Positions 26,028-32,000 of a DNA stretch of 32,000 bases are shown here, in pieces. This DNA comes from Nitrososphaera viennensis EN76 (GTDB taxonomy: Archaea; Thermoproteota; Nitrososphaeria; Nitrososphaerales; Nitrososphaeraceae). Made by a program: the position numbers and the translations under genes. Location: the NCBI RefSeq assembly GCF_000698785.1, contig NZ_CP007536.1:990001-1022000 (forward strand). Direction: 5' to 3'. The notes under the pieces were generated by a model. It was not told where the DNA came from. It saw nothing but the letters and a program-made list of their open reading frames with translations, and made no database searches. Positions within the stretch are counted from its first letter, which is position 1. Each line of letters opens with the position of its first letter.

Positions 26028-26273
26028 TTATAGTATATTGGTATTTTTGTCGTCTTTTATCTTATACATCCAGGCAGTTTTTCCATGGTATCTATACCTG
26101 TCAACATAACCCAATTTGTGCAGCCTATTAAGTCTCTGATAAGCAGCATGGACAGATATGTGGGCATCATAGGCCAGATGCGATACACTTCCATCGATGC
26201 CCCATTCTCCATACTTCTTCAAAATTCCAAGTAGCTCTTTTTCGTTGTGGGCTCGCGCTTTTCTGTGATACAA
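26028..26273 (-). CDS. Small winged-helix DNA-binding protein (81 aa)
   Basis: LLGILKKYGEWGIDGSVSHLAYDAHISVHAAYQRLNRLHKLGYVDRYRY.GKTAWMYKI shows an HTH plus beta-wing pattern. TTG start. Lies directly upstream of the split HTH-like gene on the same strand. Confidence 0.55.
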   Translation of the reverse strand: MYHRKARAHNEKELLGILKKYGEWGIDGSVSHLAYDAHISVHAAYQRLNRLHKLGYVDRYRYHGKTAWMYKIKDDKNTNIL

Positions 26274-26525
26274 TCCCCGTAATTCTACTTTGTTTCCTAT
26301 CCTTAAGTATGAGTATGGGAGCCGAAGACTAGATTAACAGCTACCTAAATTCCAGCTACTAGGGGTAACACCATTTCATTGTTATACCTTTAGATGTCGC
26401 TCAGATTTTAGACGTTACCATAGTTTTGGCAGTTAAAAAGAAACAAATTCTATTATTATCTATAGTGTCCTATAATAGGTAAGAAGATCAGATTTAACTA
26501 GTACTAGACATTTCCTTATGAGACA

Positions 26526-27239
26526 ATGAGAAAACCGATACTTATAGGAGCAATCATTGTTGTTGCGACAATAGCAACAGTTTTTGCCACCGCCCGCTCA
26601 GGACTATCCGTGCCTTTTGTAGCTGATTATCCTGACAAGATTGACACAACCATCGAAAAGATAGGACAAAACGACACAGCATCGACAGCGCCTACTCTTA
26701 CAGATGAGGAGAAGAGCAGGGTACTAGAGATAGCAAAGAATGACCCTAGAGTCAAAGCAATCCTAGATCACAGCTCTTGGCAGGCTCTGCTCATTGGCCC
26801 TTGGACAGACGAGGGTGTACAAAAAGGCGGAGTTGTTCTAATTCGTCTTGACAAGGCTGTCTGGGCCGAGGGAGAATTTGGTGTTCCAGGAGCAAAGGCA
26901 TACAGGGCAAGCCTGTGGGTAGGCAACCTGCATGTAAACGTGGATCTGCAAAAGAATGTCGTGGTAGGCGTCGAACCCGGCATAGGAAAACCATCCGGCC
27001 CAACTCCTACAAATGAGATCATTGATAACGCAAAGGCAGTTGCAAAGTCAAGGGCAGTAGCGGAACTGAACAACACCAATGTTGAGGCAAAGCTCCTCGC
27101 AGTCTATTACAATTCCGAATTCCCGAAAGGCGCTGCAATGTTCGTCATAACCTCTGAACAAGGAGACGAGATGGCGACGGGCGTGGACCTTAGCCAGAAC
27201 CAGATAATCGAAAAGTACACGGTTCGGGCAGTAAAGTGA
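26526..27239 (+). CDS. Membrane-anchored extracytoplasmic protein with two PepSY-like repeats
   Basis: N-terminal anchor MRKPILIGAIIVVATIATVFA. Two helix-plus-sheet units end in ...HVNVDLQKNVVVGVEP and ...MATGVDLSQNQIIEKYTV, like the PepSY v.VD..tG.v motif. Pattern-level call only. Confidence 0.5.
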   Translation: MRKPILIGAIIVVATIATVFATARSGLSVPFVADYPDKIDTTIEKIGQNDTASTAPTLTDEEKSRVLEIAKNDPRVKAILDHSSWQALLIGPWTDEGVQKGGVVLIRLDKAVWAEGEFGVPGAKAYRASLWVGNLHVNVDLQKNVVVGVEPGIGKPSGPTPTNEIIDNAKAVAKSRAVAELNNTNVEAKLLAVYYNSEFPKGAAMFVITSEQGDEMATGVDLSQNQIIEKYTVRAVK

Positions 27240-27251
27240 GGTGCAAAAGAC

Positions 27252-27911
27252 ATGAGAGAATTAAGCAAGATCGGAGCCCTAGCCGCGGCCGCACTGATCG
27301 TCGCGCTGGGATTTAGCAGTTCTGCATACGCAGCAAGCACATCGAACCTGGCCATCGTGATAGCCGGCGACGACCGAGTCTACAATTACGACTTTCTGTC
27401 GAACACCTCTGCCACCAGCACCAATGTCGACTGGCCGGTGGACATGGTTTTCTGCAATAATGCAAATATCGACAAAATAAAGAACAACATCTACTGGGGA
27501 ATTGCCGTCTTGGCAAACCCGATGTACTCAAAGATGAGCGACAACAGTGGCGCAACTTATGTTTGGGATACAGATCAGGGCACAAAGCTAGGGTTCTTTT
27601 ACAGCGCGTGGCTTGGTAGCTATGTGAATTTGCATATGCGCCTGTATGCACCAAATCCTCCTGACTACTTGACAAACAACGCAGGTCTGGGAAAATGGAT
27701 TGTCGGAACCGCACACTATGATCAGTGGCCGAGTGAATCATGGAGTGGCTACAGCGAATATGCAGAGGCTGACTTGTCTGCAATAGCCCTTGGCAAAGGC
27801 TATCCAGTACTATCTGAAAACATGAACTGGTTCAACGCAGAGTCGTTCCGCCAAGAAGGCAGTCACTACTGGCTGAACTCAGGGTACGCAACACGTGTTT
27901 GCGTATCCTGA
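27252..27911 (+). CDS. Secreted protein of unknown function (signal peptide with AYA|AS cleavage-like site)
   Basis: MRELSKIGALAAAALIVALGFSSSAYAAS.... The mature part is rich in W/Y/N, with conserved-looking HMRLYAP and VGTAHYD. Lies 12 nt downstream of the PepSY-like gene. Confidence 0.55.
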   Translation: MRELSKIGALAAAALIVALGFSSSAYAASTSNLAIVIAGDDRVYNYDFLSNTSATSTNVDWPVDMVFCNNANIDKIKNNIYWGIAVLANPMYSKMSDNSGATYVWDTDQGTKLGFFYSAWLGSYVNLHMRLYAPNPPDYLTNNAGLGKWIVGTAHYDQWPSESWSGYSEYAEADLSAIALGKGYPVLSENMNWFNAESFRQEGSHYWLNSGYATRVCVS

Positions 27912-28003
27912 CCTTCCTCTTTTTTGACGAAATGTGTACTTTCCTTTTAACAGACTCCTATAATCACCTACATACATAACCCTCAAGACTAAATTTGACA
28001 GTA

Positions 28004-28348
28004 CTAGCTATCTACCACAATCTTTCTATTTACTTCATAGGGCATTTGAGCTTCCGTATTGACGGTTACTGTTAGTTTGTAAATTCCCGCTTCGTCAGCA
28101 CGAATAGGTGCCCGCCGATCTTTATCCCGTGGGAAATGCAGGACTTGCTCGGTATATTTTGGCCGTTCTGTCGGCAGTGGCGACATAAAGGCCATGTCGT
28201 AAATCTTGTTTTTTGCGTCCTTTTCGTTTGTTATCTTCACACGCGGAAATCCATTGCCACTCAAAATGCCTTTGATGATTACAGAGAACTCTATCGGCTC
28301 GTTAATCCTGTATCTTTCTTTGATCCCTTCAATACCGATAGCCACCAT
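28004..28348 (-). CDS. Hypothetical 114-aa beta-rich protein, no signal peptide (possibly a gene fragment)
   Basis: ORF only. Followed upstream by ~440 bp full of stops in all frames. Confidence 0.35.
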   Translation of the reverse strand: MVAIGIEGIKERYRINEPIEFSVIIKGILSGNGFPRVKITNEKDAKNKIYDMAFMSPLPTERPKYTEQVLHFPRDKDRRAPIRADEAGIYKLTVTVNTEAQMPYEVNRKIVVDS

Positions 28349-28513
28349 CAGTAACGAGAAGTTAAATCAGTCGAATAACCTTTGTGGAATGCGCCTGACT
28401 GAACACCCTATGACCTGTCATGGCTCTGGTAGGAAATAGCCCGATTCTTGAACTGCGTATCTAGGGGAATCACAGGTTTTGCGACAGAACCCGACAATAA
28501 CTTCCTTAACAAA

Positions 28514-28532
28514 GCTTTCAGATTCTGAAAGC
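28514..28532. repeat. Perfect 19-bp palindrome (9-bp arms, 1-nt centre)
   Basis: gctttcaga-t-tctgaaagc, in the non-coding stretch 28349-28789. Confidence 0.85.
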
Positions 28533-28789
28533 GAAGGAGAAAAAAATGGTTATCCACCGTCCTCCGCACGATATTATAGCATAACGTGCCTTATGGAAGG
28601 TCAGGATGTAGAGCAGAAGGATCACGGGCTAGAGCCTTTTGGATAAAAGCTCAAAAGCAAGAGACAGATTGAATTATGGACTGTGAAAATTAGTTCCTCT
28701 GAATCAAACTGCGATTGTTGAAAGGCGCTTGCCTCACGAATTACAGCAAGACTCAGAAGTTATTATTGACGTCAGCTAAAAGATTAACA

Positions 28790-29614
28790 TCAAGAATCTA
28801 GTTTGCCATTTTTTGATGCTCTTACAATTCTGGCTAAGGCTGCTATGGCTGAAATGGCTATTCCTGAAATGACCATTACAGCAGTAACAGATGACATTTC
28901 CGGCGTGGTGACCAATGAAAATTTAGCCTCAGCTTCGCTTGGGACGAAGTTGATATACGATATACTTGACTTGACTGTATATTCATCCTTGCTCTCAAAA
29001 ATGTACGCTCCTGTCTGGACGCCGGTTGGGGTAAATATTTGCATGGGGTATGCAGAGTTCCCTTTTGAATCTGTAACCGAAAAGACCTGAGTGATGTTCC
29101 CCTGGTTCCTGCCAGTCTCTGGATTGATAAAGATGACTTTGAACCATGTCTCCTTATGCGCAGAAGGAGCTGCAGGAGTCCATGACACCTGTACGTCCAG
29201 GCTGTTTCCTAGGCTATCAGTCATCGTCATGATGTCGTCTGTAACATACACGTCGCCGTCTATCGAAGGATAATCAACTGATTTGAAATGGTACGTCCCC
29301 GGTTGCTCAAACCTGTAAGAATAGTGGCTATTCGGCTCAATGGAGCCTGAATTGGAAACCAAGGTGCCGTTCTGGAGAGTTATGTCTAGTCTATGGACAA
29401 CATTATCAGCATTGAGCCACTTTAATTCTTGTCCGGTTTTAAGGGGATAGAAAAGGACATCCGGGCCGGGCCTATCGTCTATGGGAGCATAGTATCTTTG
29501 TATTGTAATCATTTCTTCCGCGTTTGCTGGAACCAAAGTGATTGCAATTAAAAGGAGAATGGCAAATACCGACAAAAAATGTACGGCCCTGATTCGCGCT
29601 GGCTTGTCTATCAC
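28790..29614 (-). CDS. Secreted cupredoxin-fold-like protein lacking type-1 copper ligands, with an Ig-like second domain and a PEF-CTERM-like (PEM variant) C-terminal anchor
   Basis: Signal anchor FLSVFAILLLIAITLVPANA. The pattern LKWLNADNVVHRLD......S.....S.SYRFEQPGTYHFKSVDYPSIDGDVYV follows plastocyanin/amicyanin topology, but K/S, Y and I occupy the Cys, His and Met ligand positions. C-terminus TTPEMSSVTAVMVISGIAISAIAALARIVRASK. Confidence 0.55.
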   Translation of the reverse strand: MIDKPARIRAVHFLSVFAILLLIAITLVPANAEEMITIQRYYAPIDDRPGPDVLFYPLKTGQELKWLNADNVVHRLDITLQNGTLVSNSGSIEPNSHYSYRFEQPGTYHFKSVDYPSIDGDVYVTDDIMTMTDSLGNSLDVQVSWTPAAPSAHKETWFKVIFINPETGRNQGNITQVFSVTDSKGNSAYPMQIFTPTGVQTGAYIFESKDEYTVKSSISYINFVPSEAEAKFSLVTTPEMSSVTAVMVISGIAISAIAALARIVRASKNGKLDS

Positions 29615-29848
29615 AATAATATGTTTCCGGAAAATGGAAACAACGATTATCTTAATTACTTTTACTATGTAATATGTGTCTGCCGTCTCTCAATTCTTAA
29701 TAAAAAGATAGGTTCACGTAGTAAAAGCACCATACGACAGAAAGGCAGAAGCCAACGGGGCGGTTACAAAAAGCCCAAAATTTTCTTATAGATAATTTAA
29801 CAGTTGTCTTTTTATAGAAAAAACAGGAGGGTGTATCGATGAATGGGG

Positions 29849-29891
29849 GTATCTGTCATATCATTCACAAAAAAGAAACTTGTGACAGATA
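29849..29891. repeat. Inverted repeat, 9-bp arms (tatctgtca / tgacagata) with a 25-nt A-rich loop
   Basis: Arms at 29849-29857 and 29883-29891, in the non-coding stretch upstream of the 30018 gene. Confidence 0.8.
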
Positions 29892-30017
29892 GTACCATTA
29901 TAGAGGTATGTTATATAGTACTTCTCCGGATGATAAAGCGATGAAAGTCCTTACGGCGGAAAAAGCGAACAGTCCGTGGGAAGGCATAAGTACTGAACTC
30001 AACATATCGTGAGCAAA

Positions 30018-30666
30018 ATGCGCAAAATCTTTATTTTTTTTATTTAGCCTCGTCGGAATTTCTGCTGCGAGCGCGGTTGGTTATATTGCTATGAATAATC
30101 CATCTTCTGCAGTCCAGCCCACTTCTGGATTCGTACCAAAGCAACTCATAGTACAAATTGGTTCGGATGCATCAAAATCGGGAGAGACTCTGCCAGTAAA
30201 CGTTAATCAGCAAATCAGCCCTAGCGGACCGGTCGATTCCATAACACTGATCGAAATAATGCCAGATTGGAATGTTACAGATACCAATACGCATGACTTT
30301 TCAATCGTGGACGCCAATAACAAATCTGCGATAAGGGTGGGAGAACCAATTGTCCACGAAGCAGCCTTGGCAAGACTGAAAGTAAATTGTGGCGTTGGCG
30401 ACGATAGGGTGGCGCTTTTTCCGCGGCCCATAACCGTGCGGCTTGCCAGTGACACAAATGGCGATCTGCTGATAAAATATTCTCTGACAGGATTGAATCC
30501 CAAAGCTGATGGAACATACGAATTGAAATTTGCATCAGTTTATCCGACCAAAGTCGTTCTGCCACAAAACGCAGACATCACAACTAATCATTCTGCGGAA
30601 TGCAATGGCCAGTACGAAGACTTTGGTAAAATATTTGTCTATGACATGGTTTTTAGATTGAGGTAA
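30018..30666 (+). pseudogene. Secreted protein whose signal peptide is cut off by a frameshift in a T8 run (30034-30041)
   Basis: ATG 30018 reads MRKIFIFFI* (stop 30045-47). The 191-aa track ORF frame is open from 30013 and reads ...LFSLVGISAASAVGYIAMNNPSS.... With T7 instead of T8 the product is MRKIFIFLFSLVGISAASAVGYIAMNNPSS..., a normal n-region plus h-region signal. Confidence 0.5.
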
Positions 30667-30709
30667 AACCCTCACTCGGAGCCGGAGACTATCTTGCAAT
30701 GACTTCTCA

Positions 30710-31432
30710 TCAGATTGGTGCCTTATTGTAGAGGTTTTTTGTTGTTCTGTGCCGAAAAGTGCTATTCGTACCGTCTTTAATTCGTGTGTTGCCGAAGCCT
30801 CTCGTAATGATTATTATGCCGACTATTCCCGCAGCCATCCGAGACAACTCAAATGGACCAAATTCCGGAATAGGATGAGCGAGTTCTAGTTTGTATAGCT
30901 TTGAAGCAATCCCTGTTGTCAGATACGGGTTAATGCCGACTAGGACTGTACTGCCATCTCCACTTACGATGTAGCTTGTCGGAGCTTCAAGACCCGTATA
31001 GGGCGTATGCCTGTACGAACCGTCGGTGCTTGTAACTCTTAGATCTGCAATGGGAATTCTGGCGCCGGCCCCTTGGATGTATGTAACAAGTTCATCGTTA
31101 GGACTCCACTTTAGATCGTGTGGACTAGTTCCGGCTTTTTCATATACCGTAGAAGTTTCATTCTTTTCGATATCCAGTACGAGAAGCCGTATCAATCCAA
31201 AGTAGACTTGCCCTTCAATATTCTTGGCGATTGGAATCGCGATTCTTTTTCCATCGTGACTGACGGCGAAATCTGATGCCAAGTTTCCTTCGTATAGTTT
31301 TGAAATCTTGTTGCCAGTAGAATCTGTGAGCCAGAATGTATTGAATTGCTCAGATGCACCCTCTGCTGACGAAGTTGAGTGTTTTTCGGCAATGACCAGG
31401 TTGTAGGTGCCATTTCCGTTGGCATTTCGCAA
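30710..31432 (-). CDS. PD40/TolB-like beta-propeller protein with a (degenerate) PEF-CTERM tail; apparently 5'-truncated
   Basis: PD40-like repeats (FAVSHDGKRIAI, LKWSPNDELVTYI, YIVSGDGSTVLV). C-terminus HPIPEFGPFELSRMAAGIVGIIIITRGFGNTRIK plus a ~25-aa tail. No signal peptide. The frame is open only to 31453, with a TTG at 31432, and abuts the tRNA-like element. Confidence 0.55.
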   Translation of the reverse strand: MRNANGNGTYNLVIAEKHSTSSAEGASEQFNTFWLTDSTGNKISKLYEGNLASDFAVSHDGKRIAIPIAKNIEGQVYFGLIRLLVLDIEKNETSTVYEKAGTSPHDLKWSPNDELVTYIQGAGARIPIADLRVTSTDGSYRHTPYTGLEAPTSYIVSGDGSTVLVGINPYLTTGIASKLYKLELAHPIPEFGPFELSRMAAGIVGIIIITRGFGNTRIKDGTNSTFRHRTTKNLYNKAPI

Positions 31433-31450
31433 AACGTCAAAGTCATAGTA

Positions 31451-31535
31451 GGTTCAAGCCGGGGCTCGAACCCACAGTGGTAGCAGGCACAGAGGGACTC
31501 AAACCCTCCAACCGCAGAAATTACTTCTTTTAACC
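31451..31535 (-). other. Degenerate tRNA-like element: Ser(UGA)-type anticodon arm, T-arm and acceptor 3' strand, with an AT-rich poorly pairing 5' part
   Basis: Minus strand GGTTAAAAGAAGTAATTTCTGCGGTTGGAGGGTTTGAGTCCCTCTGTGCCTGCTACCACTGTGGGTTCGAGCCCCGGCTTGAACC. It has a perfect arm GAGGG-TTTGAGT-CCCTC (U33, anticodon TGA, purine 37), a T-arm GTGGG-TTCGAGC-CCCGG (3 GC pairs, 1 GU, 1 mismatch), and acceptor GGTTAAA/TTGAACC paired 6 of 7. No credible D-arm and no CCA. Confidence 0.35.
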
Positions 31536-31538
31536 TTG

Positions 31539-31700
31539 TGCGTGCATGATGTTGCCGCAAATGAAAAACAAGAAACCGGAAAGGGCGAAAGAGCAGCAGT
31601 ACATGCTTGGCGGCTCCTCGAAAATTCGTGTTTCGCGTTTTATGCACGTACGTGCTCATTTTATGCAATTATGCACGCTCGAAATCCGGCCTTATGCACC
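31539..31700. promoter_or_regulatory. Array of (T)TATGCA(C) motifs plus a 12-bp palindrome; candidate protein-binding sites
   Basis: Direct copies at 31641-47 (tatgcac), 31662-67 (tatgca), 31671-76 (atgcac) and 31693-99 (tatgcac). Inverted copy gtgcat at 31542-47. Palindrome gcacgtacgtgc at 31644-55. All track ORFs here overlap each other in three frames and look non-coding. Confidence 0.3.
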
Positions 31701-31840
31701 ACGTTTGTTTTTGCAGAATATATCCCAGCATACGCTCAAAATATTCCAAAAAAGGAACAATATTCCAGCTCGGGCAAGGCAATTATTTCAGTACCAATAC
31801 CCGTCAAGATTAATATAAGGTAGAAACCGTCTCGCAATTC

Positions 31841-32000
31841 ATGCCTTTGGAAAAGGGTTCACTTGTATTGGTAGATTACACTGCTAAAGTTAAGGACACT
31901 AACGAGGTTTTCGAGACTACTCGCGAGGAAGAGGCGAAAAAGACCGACCTCTACGACCCGACCCGCAAGTACGAGCCCAGGCTCGTCTCGGTGGGCGAGG
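31841..32000 (+). CDS. FKBP-type peptidyl-prolyl cis-trans isomerase (archaeal short FKBP/SlyD-like), N-terminal 53 codons; continues off the right edge
   Basis: Hand translation from ATG 31841 gives MPLEKGSLVLVDYTAKVKDTNEVFETTREEEAKKTDLYDPTRKYEPRLVSVGE..., matching the archaeal FKBP pattern (v.vdY.g.....vFdtt.e..A......d....yeP....vGe). GC content returns to core level. Confidence 0.8.
   Translation, partial: MPLEKGSLVLVDYTAKVKDTNEVFETTREEEAKKTDLYDPTRKYEPRLVSVGE

Noticed and set aside
29925-29995. Possible C/D-box sRNA (ggatgataaagcgatgaaag ... gtactgaac)
   Set aside because: The C box is imperfect (GAUGAUA rather than RUGAUGA), no proper D'/C' pair is present, and the C-to-D spacing (~60 nt) is too long for the compact archaeal C/D architecture. 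The same bases also form a weak 34-codon ORF (29908-30012).
31536-31823. Three mutually overlapping plus-strand ORFs (95, 90 and 68 aa) and the 158-aa minus-strand ORF 31192..31668
   Set aside because: They occupy all three frames of the same AT-rich, repeat-containing stretch and give implausible sequences. The minus-strand ORF runs through the tRNA-like element and antisense to nothing conserved. I treat the region as non-coding or regulatory.
24165-31835. Defence island, prophage or integrative element with identifiable machinery
   Set aside because: I looked for an integrase, transposase, capsid/portal, Cas, restriction-modification, or intact toxin-antitoxin genes and found none. Only an inactivated MNT-type NTase and small HTH proteins are present. 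I report it as a degraded accessory island rather than a named system.
1-32000. CRISPR arrays, rRNA genes, IS elements
   Set aside because: I saw no regularly spaced 25-40 bp direct repeats, no rRNA-like conserved stretches, and no transposase ORFs or terminal inverted repeats on either strand.

Overview
I read this window as a high-GC archaeal chromosome segment, probably from a Nitrososphaera-like (soil thaumarchaeal) organism. That lineage guess is inference from gene content only: RpoN/Rpb10, the archaeal pantoate kinase and phosphopantothenate synthetase route to CoA, CDC48, mevalonate kinase, PEF-CTERM sorting signals, and TATA boxes 25-32 nt upstream of start codons. Positions 1-24164 are densely packed housekeeping genes. 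They comprise tldD-pmbA, a redox/metal-handling neighbourhood, tRNA-Leu(GAG), rpoN-eno-rps2, a Memo-like gene coupled to mvk, an AbrB-PhoU regulator, a four-gene CoA operon (PoK-PPS-panB-coaBC), an M24 peptidase, cdc48, a RibD_C-family reductase and a class V aminotransferase. Positions ~24165-31835 are visibly AT-richer and look like a decaying accessory island. The island holds a nucleotidyltransferase with an in-frame TGA, two genes broken at homopolymers, a 5'-truncated PD40 protein, small wHTH regulators and several secreted or PEF-CTERM-type proteins. Its right end has a degenerate tRNA-Ser(UGA)-like element and an array of TATGCAC motifs just before the core FKBP gene. I saw no integrase, transposase, CRISPR array or recognisable defence system, and I cannot point to a clearly novel multi-gene system. 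The most interesting items are the island and its tRNA-like boundary, two unannotated Cys-rich micro-ORFs with their own promoters (both under 60 aa, so the full-length ORFs are absent from or misdrawn in the track), a MEDS-domain gene split by a frameshift next to a poly-Q tract, a cupredoxin-like protein that has lost its copper ligands, and a 46-bp alternating purine/pyrimidine microsatellite. All calls come from hand reading and motif recognition. No searches or computations were run.
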